DNA of 64,000 nucleotides, from positions 1 through 64,000 of IMG/VR virus record IMGVR_UViG_3300005403_000005. One strand, 5' to 3'. Made by a program: the position numbers and the translations under genes. This stretch comes from a virus (taxonomy: Duplodnaviria; Caudoviricetes). The notes beneath the pieces were generated by a model, which was not told the origin of the DNA, made no database searches, and saw nothing but the letters and a program-made list of their open reading frames with translations. Positions 56,335 through 64,000 of this stretch are shown in pieces (the stretch's first letter is position 1; every line of letters begins with the position of its first letter).

Positions 56335-57339
56335 ATGAGTGATTTCATTACAGACCTCTATAAGTCGATTGGCAATAATACAGAGATACAGGATGTGTCC
56401 GATTGGCTCGATACAGGGGTTCTTCAGCTTAATAAGGCGATTGGCGGAAAGTACGATAGAGGCTTCCCAGTCGGTCGCATCATTGAAATCTATGGCGGCG
56501 AATCTTCTGGGAAGACACTCATCTCGACCTTTGCGCTGAAGAGTACGCAGGAGCGGGGCGGGCTTGCGGTATTTCTTGATTACGAACATGCCTTCTCGCT
56601 CAATCGGGCGAAAGCGCTGGGATTGGCTGATGCTCCAGAAAAGTGGGTGTATCGGCAGCCGGATACCGCAGAGGAGGGCTTCCAGATTATTGAAAAGGTC
56701 GTGGAGCTTGCCCGGAAGTACGATGCAAAGAAGCCCATCACGATTGTCGTGGATTCCGTGGCGTCGATGATGACGAAAGCGGAGCTGGAAGCCGATTATG
56801 ACGAGAGCAATATGAAGACGAAGCTCTCACTCGCCGCCCTCCTCTCCCCCAGTCTGAAGAAGCTCGCCGCCCTTGTGAACAAGAGCAACATCACGCTCAT
56901 TTTCCTCAATCAGGTGCGTGATAATCCCGGCGTAATGTATGGCGATAAGGAGAGTACTCCGGGTGGCAGGGCGCTGAAGTTCTACGCTTCCGTCCGCATC
57001 AAGCTTCGTAAGGGCGATAAAATCAAGGGCTACGACGATAGCATCATCGGTCAGCGGGTGATAGCACAAGTCGTCAAGAATAAGGTTGCTCCCCCTTTCT
57101 CTGAGGCTGAGTACGATGGCTCCTTCATAGAAGGTGTCAATCTCGCGTCAACACTTATCGATGCTCTTCTTGACGAGGAGCTTTTGACGAGGGCTGGTGC
57201 GTACATTCAGCTTCCCGATGGCTCGAAGAAGTACCGCTCCGTCCTTGAGAAAGAGCTCAAGGCTGATAAGGCGAAGTACGATGCGCTCCTCAAATCAGTC
57301 CTTGATGCAGAGAAGGTGAAGTTGGCGAAGGCATCCTAA
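56335..57339 (+). CDS. recA: RecA-family recombinase
   Basis: IEIYGGESSGKT, VVDSVA, IFLNQVR, TPGGRALKFYASVR, KNKVAPPF. Confidence 0.96.
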   Translation: MSDFITDLYKSIGNNTEIQDVSDWLDTGVLQLNKAIGGKYDRGFPVGRIIEIYGGESSGKTLISTFALKSTQERGGLAVFLDYEHAFSLNRAKALGLADAPEKWVYRQPDTAEEGFQIIEKVVELARKYDAKKPITIVVDSVASMMTKAELEADYDESNMKTKLSLAALLSPSLKKLAALVNKSNITLIFLNQVRDNPGVMYGDKESTPGGRALKFYASVRIKLRKGDKIKGYDDSIIGQRVIAQVVKNKVAPPFSEAEYDGSFIEGVNLASTLIDALLDEELLTRAGAYIQLPDGSKKYRSVLEKELKADKAKYDALLKSVLDAEKVKLAKAS

Positions 57340-57351
57340 TGGAGGTTATTT

Positions 57352-57729
57352 ATGAAATCTGAAGACATAATCCACAATGGCAGGAAGGTGGGTGTGAAGA
57401 TAGGGAATACCTATCTCTCATATCGCAAGCAGAGCAAACATCTATATCGAGGCGGCGCACCCACCGTAGCGGAAGCGAAGAAGCGTGGCTCTGCATCGTG
57501 GGGCATTGATGCTGAACTCGTGAAGCTCCTCAATGTTTGTGGCGTGCGGATATTCGCTATTCACGAATCGGAAACGAAGAAGACTTACTACATGAGCTCC
57601 ATGCGTTTTGCGATGAATGCGCGGTATCTGGAATTCGACCACGGACTTCAGCAGTTTGTGGAATTGAGCAAGTGGATGGTTGCCGATAACCTCGGGGAAT
57701 TCATCGAAACGTGCGAAAAGGTGGTGTAA
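57352..57729 (+). CDS. Hypothetical protein
   Basis: RBS GGAGG. Confidence 0.7.
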   Translation: MKSEDIIHNGRKVGVKIGNTYLSYRKQSKHLYRGGAPTVAEAKKRGSASWGIDAELVKLLNVCGVRIFAIHESETKKTYYMSSMRFAMNARYLEFDHGLQQFVELSKWMVADNLGEFIETCEKVV

Positions 57730-58772
57730 TGACACAGAAACTTCCATTGGCTTTTGCAGCCGACCTGCATATCCACGCATACAAGGCTCACTCACGGCTC
57801 CTCGATGGACTCTGGAATTCCAGGGTCCATTTTGCCATGCACGCCCTTGCCAATGTGTGCGCCATAGCCAAACAGAATGAGGCGATGGACATCATCCTCG
57901 CGGGCGACATCTTCCACGTTCGGGGAGCGCTCCGTCCCTCTACGCTTACATCGACAATCACGATGCTGAAGCGTCTGATTGGGCGTGGGCATCGCTTTTG
58001 GATTATCCCCGGCAATCATGACATGGAGGGCTCCTCCGCAGAATGGGCAACATCGGTAGATTCGCTTTCCGGATTGCTGGGGGCTGTCACGGTGTTCAAG
58101 GAGCCGACCAATACGCTCGTGGGTGGGCATCGCATTGCGTTCATCCCTTACACGCATGACATCGAAACATTCAAGAAGCTCGTCAAGGCATACGATGGGA
58201 GCGTCGATATCATCGTGTGCCATCAGGGTATCGATGACTTCAAGCCAATGGCCGGGATGCCCGACACCGGACTGAGTGCCAAGTGGCTTGCGGAAAATTT
58301 CAGCGGCGAAATCTATGCCGGCCACTATCACTCCCCAGCCATCAATGGGAGGATAGCCCAGATAGGCTCCATGACGCAGCTTGATTTCGGGGATGAGGGC
58401 TCCACTCGGGGCGTGCTTATCAGGAGTGATGCTGGCGTGGCTCTCCATGAGGTTCGTCATCCGAAATTCCTGACGATTGATATCACCGCCAATGGGAAGG
58501 TGATGCTGCCCTCTCCATCTGAGGTAAAGGGGAACTTCATCAGGATAGTCTCCAAGTCTGCAAAGGACGCGGCTACTGCGAAGGCACTCTGTACCGACTA
58601 TGGTGCAGAATCAATCACGATTCAGCTTGTCAGGGAGTTCTCCAAAGCGAAGACGGAGACAATCAAAATCACGACGCCAGCGCAGATGATTTCGGACTAC
58701 ATCGATATCATGCCGAAGCTGGCACCCTTCAAGACTAAGATACTCAAGGAATACGAAAGGATAATGTCATGA
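57729..58772 (+). CDS. SbcD/Mre11/gp47-like nuclease
   Basis: ADLH, GDIFH, GNHD, CHQ, GHYH motifs; upstream of an SMC-like ATPase. Confidence 0.9.
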   Translation: MTQKLPLAFAADLHIHAYKAHSRLLDGLWNSRVHFAMHALANVCAIAKQNEAMDIILAGDIFHVRGALRPSTLTSTITMLKRLIGRGHRFWIIPGNHDMEGSSAEWATSVDSLSGLLGAVTVFKEPTNTLVGGHRIAFIPYTHDIETFKKLVKAYDGSVDIIVCHQGIDDFKPMAGMPDTGLSAKWLAENFSGEIYAGHYHSPAINGRIAQIGSMTQLDFGDEGSTRGVLIRSDAGVALHEVRHPKFLTIDITANGKVMLPSPSEVKGNFIRIVSKSAKDAATAKALCTDYGAESITIQLVREFSKAKTETIKITTPAQMISDYIDIMPKLAPFKTKILKEYERIMS

Positions 58773-59050
58773 GCGTATTGGATGGGGCGATGAGGATGGC
58801 TGCGGTTTGTGGTCTTTCCACTGTCAGGGAGGCAGTGCTCAACTACGATAGATACGCGATGTCTTTTCTGCCATATCCGGACATCCCCGGCAAGCTGACC
58901 CAGCTATACAACGAGCTGGATGAGTGGGAGCGGAGCGGGAAGTCACCAGAGATTCCACAGGAGATAGTGGATGAGGTCAATCGGGAGATGGACGAGTATT
59001 TCTCACGGATGGAGCAGAGGCAGGAGGCATTGTGCGAATCAGAAGAGTGA
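58769..59050 (+). CDS. Hypothetical protein inserted between the nuclease subunits
   Basis: ATGA coupling. Confidence 0.65.
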   Translation: MSVLDGAMRMAAVCGLSTVREAVLNYDRYAMSFLPYPDIPGKLTQLYNELDEWERSGKSPEIPQEIVDEVNREMDEYFSRMEQRQEALCESEE

Positions 59051-60921
59051 TTATTGAGAACTTCCTCTCCATTGGCGAAATGGAGGTCGATTTCGAGAAT
59101 TACACGGGGCTCACCCTTATTGAGGGTGTGAACAGCGATTCTCCGACCGCCAATAGCAATGGGGCCGGGAAGTCATCGCTCTACGAGGCGATATTCTGGT
59201 GTCTCTTCGGGAAGACAAAGCGTGGACTCAATGGTGATGATGTCATCAATCGCTCTGTTGGGAAGGATTGCGCCGTAACGCTCCAATTCGACGATGTGAT
59301 TGTCACGCGAGCGAGGAAGCATTCCCTCTACCCATCGGGGCTCCATCTCACTGTCGGTCCCGATGACAGGACACAGGGAACCATCAAGGATACGCAGGCT
59401 ATTCTTGATTCGCTCGTCGGCATGGGAGAGCTTACCTTCTCCAAGGTGGCGAATTTCGGACAGGGTGATATCAAGGATTTTGCGGCACTGACCGACTCTG
59501 AGCTCAAGGAAGTTTTCGAGCAATCCCTCGGGCTAGGCTTCTTTGCGGACTCCCTCAAGCGCACGAAAGAGCGTCGTGGTGAGCTCAATGCGAAGGTAGC
59601 CAGCGTGCAGTCCCAGATAGAGACTCTTGCGCGGGAGATTGATTTCACCTTTGACAAGATTGCCACGCTGAAGCGAGCCGACAAGGATGTGGAGGATGCT
59701 GCCCAGCGAATGATTGCCCAGTACGAGCAGGATGTCGCAGATGCGGAGGCTCAGAAGAAACAAAAGGAAACAGAGCTTGCACAAAAGCGTGTTGCGATAG
59801 ATAAGGCTTCCGCACTCATCACGAAGGCATCCGGGGCGATGCAGAAGTTTCAGGAGGAGTTGGGGGAGGTCAGGAAGGCCTTCGATGCGGCAAAGATGAA
59901 TGTGGCGCTCTGGAATGAGCGTGTCTCCCAGCTATCGACAGCGCTCAACAAGACGGTGGCTGCGTTGAAGTCGGTTCCGAAGGATTGTGACAAGTGTCTC
60001 CGCCCACTGGATGAATCAAGCGTAAAGGCGCATGTGGAATCGGCCGCAGAAGAGACGAGAGTTGCCCTAGAAGCTCGTGAGGCAGCGAAAGCCTCACTCA
60101 CCCTTGCGCTGAATGAGCAAGAGGCTCAGAAGTCAAAATTGGAAGCTCTGGCAAAAGAGGGCGAGAAATACGCCAGCATCGAGAAGCATGCGGCGGAGCT
60201 TGCAGTGGAGCGTCGCCATCTCGCCATGCTCGAAACTGAGATTGAGAATTACGCCAATCGTATAATTAACGTACAGGCGCAAATCGCGAGTATCAAGGGA
60301 CAGAAGCGGGGCAATGGCGAGGAGATAGAGCAGCTCACGAAGAAGGCGTCTACCGATACGGCTGCGCGGAAGGGTCTTGAGCGCGAATTGAAGGAGTTGG
60401 AGGAGACTCTTGAAACCACAATGATGTTGGAGGAGATTCTTGGCAATGGAGGCTTGAAGAGCTACGTCCTCGACAATATCACTCCGGAACTCAATCGGAT
60501 TGTCTCCGAGTACATGAATGTCCTCAATCCCGCGATTGCCATCGAGATATCGACGATAAGCAAGCTGAAGAGCGGCGAGTATCGTGACAAGTTCAGCATC
60601 AAGGTCACTACGGAGGATGGCGCTGGGGATTACAAGGGGAATAGTGGTGGCGAGCGGCAATTCGTGAACTTCGCAATTTCGCTCGGCTTCAACTCCCTTT
60701 GTAGGGCGATGTCGAGTGGAAGTCTCAATATCCTCTTCCTTGATGAGCCATTTGAGTCGCTTGATGATGCGGCTGCGGAGAATGCCGTGGAGCTCTGCAA
60801 ACGCTTTGCCTCCAATATTGAGCATCCGTTCATCATCACGCACAATCCGGCAATCAGGGATATCGTGAGTTCGCGCATGAAGGTTGTAAAAAAGGGTGGG
60901 AAAACTACATTAGGAAAGTGA
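59032..60921 (+). CDS. SbcC/Rad50/gp46-like ATPase
   Basis: IENFLS, NGAGKSS, coiled coil with CDKC hook, SGGE signature, FLDEPFESLD. Confidence 0.93.
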   Translation: MRIRRVIIENFLSIGEMEVDFENYTGLTLIEGVNSDSPTANSNGAGKSSLYEAIFWCLFGKTKRGLNGDDVINRSVGKDCAVTLQFDDVIVTRARKHSLYPSGLHLTVGPDDRTQGTIKDTQAILDSLVGMGELTFSKVANFGQGDIKDFAALTDSELKEVFEQSLGLGFFADSLKRTKERRGELNAKVASVQSQIETLAREIDFTFDKIATLKRADKDVEDAAQRMIAQYEQDVADAEAQKKQKETELAQKRVAIDKASALITKASGAMQKFQEELGEVRKAFDAAKMNVALWNERVSQLSTALNKTVAALKSVPKDCDKCLRPLDESSVKAHVESAAEETRVALEAREAAKASLTLALNEQEAQKSKLEALAKEGEKYASIEKHAAELAVERRHLAMLETEIENYANRIINVQAQIASIKGQKRGNGEEIEQLTKKASTDTAARKGLERELKELEETLETTMMLEEILGNGGLKSYVLDNITPELNRIVSEYMNVLNPAIAIEISTISKLKSGEYRDKFSIKVTTEDGAGDYKGNSGGERQFVNFAISLGFNSLCRAMSSGSLNILFLDEPFESLDDAAAENAVELCKRFASNIEHPFIITHNPAIRDIVSSRMKVVKKGGKTTLGK

Positions 60922-61101
60922 GGTATCATCTTGAACGCATTTATGTATGACAAAAATGTTGAGGCTCCGAGGCCAATGAGAAAGCAACTTATCGCAATCG
61001 CTACGCTGAATGGCGAGCGGGGTGGCAGGGTTGAGAAGGTTTGTCAAGTCCTGAAGGAGTTCAATCTGAGCTTTGACAGCTATAGCGCGTAGGAGGGTTA
61101 A

Positions 61102-61644
61102 ATGTGCATTTTGGCATGCGATGTAGGCTTTCGCGCATTCGGCTGGTCGGTAATCAAGAAGGGTGAAGTGATTGACTGCGGGACAATCATCACGGAGAAA
61201 TCGGCGAAGAAGACGACCAGGACTGCCGATGACTACTACTCCCGCTCCACAGTCATCGCATCAGCGCTGGCGGAAATCATTAAGCGCCATGACATCAAGG
61301 GAATCGTGGGCGAGCTTCCCAGCGGCGGAGCGCAATCGGCAAAGGCGATGGTGATGATGAACATGGCGACCGCAGTGGTAGCATCCGTGGCGGCGATACT
61401 CAGCATTCCCTGCGAGTGGTGTAGTCCAACAGAAGTAAAAATTGCAGTCTGTGGTTATCGAAGTGCGACGAAGCATGAAATAATGACCATGATTAAGAAT
61501 AGATTTGCTGGAAGGGGCGCAGAATTGTTTCCAGAACAACTGGGGCATTTTGAACATATTGCTGATAGTGTGGGGGCATATCTCGCATTAAGCAATGGGA
61601 ATATTGTTCGTATGTTTGGGGGCATGGATGGAAGACTTGCATGA
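61102..61644 (+). CDS. ruvC: RuvC-like Holliday junction resolvase
   Basis: ILACDVG, IVGE, EVK..V.G...ATKHE, HIADS. Confidence 0.85.
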   Translation: MCILACDVGFRAFGWSVIKKGEVIDCGTIITEKSAKKTTRTADDYYSRSTVIASALAEIIKRHDIKGIVGELPSGGAQSAKAMVMMNMATAVVASVAAILSIPCEWCSPTEVKIAVCGYRSATKHEIMTMIKNRFAGRGAELFPEQLGHFEHIADSVGAYLALSNGNIVRMFGGMDGRLA

Positions 61645-62149
61645 ATTAGAGGAGTTTCCCGGCTATGCTGTAAATGCAATGGGTGAAGTATTTTCCCTGA
61701 ACTATAGGGGTGAGCGTGGCAGGGTGTCCAAATTGAAAGGAGGCTATAATTCAAAGGGATATCACTACATAAACTTTATGAAGAGTGGCACAAAGATTCA
61801 ACGCGCAGTACACAGGTTGGTTGCGACGGTCTTTGTCTCAAATCCAGATGGCAAACTTGAGGTAAATCATAAAGATGGCAATAAACGAAATAATCGTGCT
61901 GATAATCTTGAGTGGTGCAATCATGGAGAAAATGTAAAGCACGCCTTTGATACGGGGTTGATGAATCCTGCAATATTGGCCTTGAAACGCTCTAAGTTGT
62001 CACTGGGTCAAATAGAAGAGGCGGCAAAAATGAGGATTTCTGGCATGTCGTATGATGACATAGGGAAACATTTTGGATGTTCTGGCAATTGCGTCAATAA
62101 TAGCATCAATGGTAGGCAAGGGGCATTGAGATGGTCAAATAGGCTTTGA
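61628..62149 (+). CDS. HNH homing endonuclease (NUMOD4-HNH-HTH)
   Basis: FPGYAVN..G.V, VHRLVA..F, VNHKDGNKRNNRADNLEW. Confidence 0.92.
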   Translation: MEDLHELEEFPGYAVNAMGEVFSLNYRGERGRVSKLKGGYNSKGYHYINFMKSGTKIQRAVHRLVATVFVSNPDGKLEVNHKDGNKRNNRADNLEWCNHGENVKHAFDTGLMNPAILALKRSKLSLGQIEEAAKMRISGMSYDDIGKHFGCSGNCVNNSINGRQGALRWSNRL

Positions 62150-62175
62150 CATTAAGTAACTACTTAATGTATGAT
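62146..62175 (+). promoter_or_regulatory. sigma70-type promoter TTGACA-18bp-TATGAT containing the symmetric site TTAAGT-AACT-ACTTAA
   Basis: Read directly. Confidence 0.8.
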
Positions 62176-62377
62176 GTAGGAAATCATGATGAATTATGAA
62201 GGGAGGGAGTATGGCATGTGGGAAAATGGTGAGTGTTGGCGTACTTAATGGTCATCAAAGCCACCTATGTTCTGATTGTCATTTTATGGACACTCAAATT
62301 TCGGAGGAGCCATGCATTTCCTGTTTTGAAAGAAGTGATGGCTGTTGCTTCTTGGATGCGGAGACAGGAGAGTAATC

Positions 62378-62542
62378 ATGGCATGTGGAAAATTCCAAGA
62401 GTCTGGACATCATAATCACACATGCCCCCGTTGCCACTTTTACAAAACTGAAATTGACGAGATACCTTGTCGCCTTTGTGGAACGCGGCGAGATGGCGGT
62501 AAGCGCGAATGTTACTTTTTGGACGCAGAGAAAGGAGAATAA
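62378..62542 (+). CDS. Small Cys-rich protein
   Basis: RBS AGGAG; CPRC...CRLC. Confidence 0.55.
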   Translation: MACGKFQESGHHNHTCPRCHFYKTEIDEIPCRLCGTRRDGGKRECYFLDAEKGE

Positions 62543-62986
62543 ATGTTTTCACTTGTTGTGAGTGTCAAGCGGGTCAATTCCCGCGCAAAGATTCCGGCAT
62601 ACAAGACTTGCAAGGCTGCGGGGTTTGACCTCGCTTCGATTGAGGATGACTTCCTGCTTCGACCCGGAGAGACTAAGCTTGTGGGAACTGGGCTTGCATT
62701 TGCGGTTCCGGCTGGCTTCGAGATGCAGATTCGTCCCAGAAGCGGCTTGAGCCTCAAAACGGAGCTTTCCATTAAGAATGCACCGGGAACGATTGACAGC
62801 GATTATCGGGGCGAAGTGAAAATCATCGTCACGAATCGCGGGACAGCGCCTATTGAAATTACTGAGGGGATGCGTATCGCGCAGGGCGTGATAGCTCCCG
62901 TCCTTCAAGCAATCCTCCTTGAAGTCGAGGAGCTTGATGAGACTGAAAGGGGTGCTGGCGGTTTTGGTCATACCGGCACGAAATAA
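62543..62986 (+). CDS. dut: Trimeric dUTPase
   Basis: AGFDL, RPRSGL, GTIDSDYRGE, RIAQ, RGAGGFGHTG (motifs I-V). Confidence 0.96.
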   Translation: MFSLVVSVKRVNSRAKIPAYKTCKAAGFDLASIEDDFLLRPGETKLVGTGLAFAVPAGFEMQIRPRSGLSLKTELSIKNAPGTIDSDYRGEVKIIVTNRGTAPIEITEGMRIAQGVIAPVLQAILLEVEELDETERGAGGFGHTGTK

Positions 62987-63017
62987 CCAAGTAAATACTT
63001 AATTGATGGAGGTATTC

Positions 63018-63533
63018 ATGAAGAAACTCATTATCGCATCATGCCTGATTGGAATGATAATTCCGAAGATTGCGGGTTGTGGCGATTTCAGCATCAAGAG
63101 TGACATCGACCATGTGACGCTGAATAAAGCCGGGATTATCGAGGTCATCCCCCAGAATAAGGATATCAGGAGCATTGCCAGATTCGCACTGAAGTACGGC
63201 GTGGAGCGGGATATCGCTCTTGAGTTCGGGATGGTGTTGGCCGAGACGAAATACCCGAAGACGCTTGCCGCAATTGCGGCCAGAGAGAGTGGCTTCAGGA
63301 CTGGGGTAGTGGGGAGGGATGGCGAGCGTTCGGCATTCCAGATTCTCGATTGGCCCAGGGGTAAGAATCCCAAGAGCATCAGGGTGAGTGCAAATGAGGC
63401 GGAGGCAGTGCTGGACAGAAAGATAGCGGCCTCCAAGGGGAATTTCTGGAAGGGTGTCGAGCGCTACAATGGCGCAGGAAAGCAGGCTAGATTGTACGCG
63501 CAGAACATCCGGAGATTGAGGGCGCAGATATGA
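63018..63533 (+). CDS. Lytic transglycosylase (SLT)-like protein with N-terminal signal/anchor
   Basis: AIAARESGF catalytic-Glu motif, AFQI, ERYNG. Confidence 0.75.
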   Translation: MKKLIIASCLIGMIIPKIAGCGDFSIKSDIDHVTLNKAGIIEVIPQNKDIRSIARFALKYGVERDIALEFGMVLAETKYPKTLAAIAARESGFRTGVVGRDGERSAFQILDWPRGKNPKSIRVSANEAEAVLDRKIAASKGNFWKGVERYNGAGKQARLYAQNIRRLRAQI

Positions 63534-63679
63534 ACTGGAATGAGATGAGTGCGGTCGATTTGGCGAAGTATGTCATCGACAATTCGCACGACAAGATACA
63601 GAGGCTTCTCGCTACAGAAGTCCTCGTGTGTCACGGAGTAGAGCACACACCAACACAAGAGCCGAGGAGAGCGTGACAG

Positions 63680-64000
63680 ATGCCCATTGATGTACGAGTA
63701 ACAGTGAACCCCATCGTAGACGAGTATCTACAGAAAGGTGATGTCTCAAGCGAGAATGCGAACTGCATGTGGACCCCCAATGGACTCCTCATGGCTGTGG
63801 GCGGGGAATGTCTCGGCAGGGATAACATCTTCAGAATAGAGCAGGCGGGGTTTGACAATCTCGCCCAGAAGCACAAGGATGGCGAGGTCCACATCCATGA
63901 CCTTTCGCTATCGCACGCCACGCCGTATTGCGCCGGGAATTCACTCCCCACGCTTCTGGCTGGCGGAATCACATCTGCCATGTCAGTGAGCAGACCCGCG
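63680..64000 (+). CDS. nrdD: Anaerobic (class III) ribonucleotide reductase large subunit, 5' part, truncated by the window edge
   Basis: Translated by hand: ...SENAN...HKDGEVHIHDL...PYCAGNSLPTLLAGG; RBS GAGGAG. Confidence 0.85.
   Translation, partial: MPIDVRVTVNPIVDEYLQKGDVSSENANCMWTPNGLLMAVGGECLGRDNIFRIEQAGFDNLAQKHKDGEVHIHDLSLSHATPYCAGNSLPTLLAGGITSAMSVSRPA

Noticed and set aside
1-64000. Frequent TCCCAG/CTGGGA words as a Chi-like signal
   Set aside because: Seen on both strands and explicable by codon usage; enrichment cannot be supported without counting.

Overview
The whole window is bacteriophage DNA, with no host genes and no prophage junction visible. It looks like most of a large siphovirus-like genome that continues beyond position 64000. 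Layout: (1) 1-4.4 kb, four self-contained promoter-ORF-terminator cassettes separated by a repeated GAATGGCC motif; (2) 4.5-33.8 kb, terminase, portal, tRNA(CAT), scaffold, capsid, neck, tail (with a -1 frameshift chaperone), a ~2400-aa tail tip/fibre, and lysis genes; (3) 33.8-38.8 kb, a disrupted tyrosine integrase, tRNA-Arg(CCT), thyX, HNH and SF2 helicase; (4) 38.9-64 kb, PIN-PhoH, DnaB, primase, a doubly frameshifted Xre repressor, a CobT/CobS-like VWA-AAA pair, a sigma factor, DnaE, SSB-like protein, RecA, SbcCD-like nuclease, RuvC, dUTPase and a truncated NrdD (which suggests an anaerobic host). Most notable observations: dnaE is split into two genes by what looks like a naturally split intein, with a basic N-half, an acidic C-half fused behind an HNH endonuclease, and its own Shine-Dalgarno. 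The same polymerase ends in a degenerate UDG-like domain. A quasi-palindromic motif (TTAAGT-AACT-ACTTAA) sits in the spacers of at least 8 sigma70-type promoters. Both lysogeny genes (repressor and integrase) carry two lesions each while long neighbouring ORFs are intact. GATC is almost absent. All calls are from motif recognition by eye; no database searches were run.
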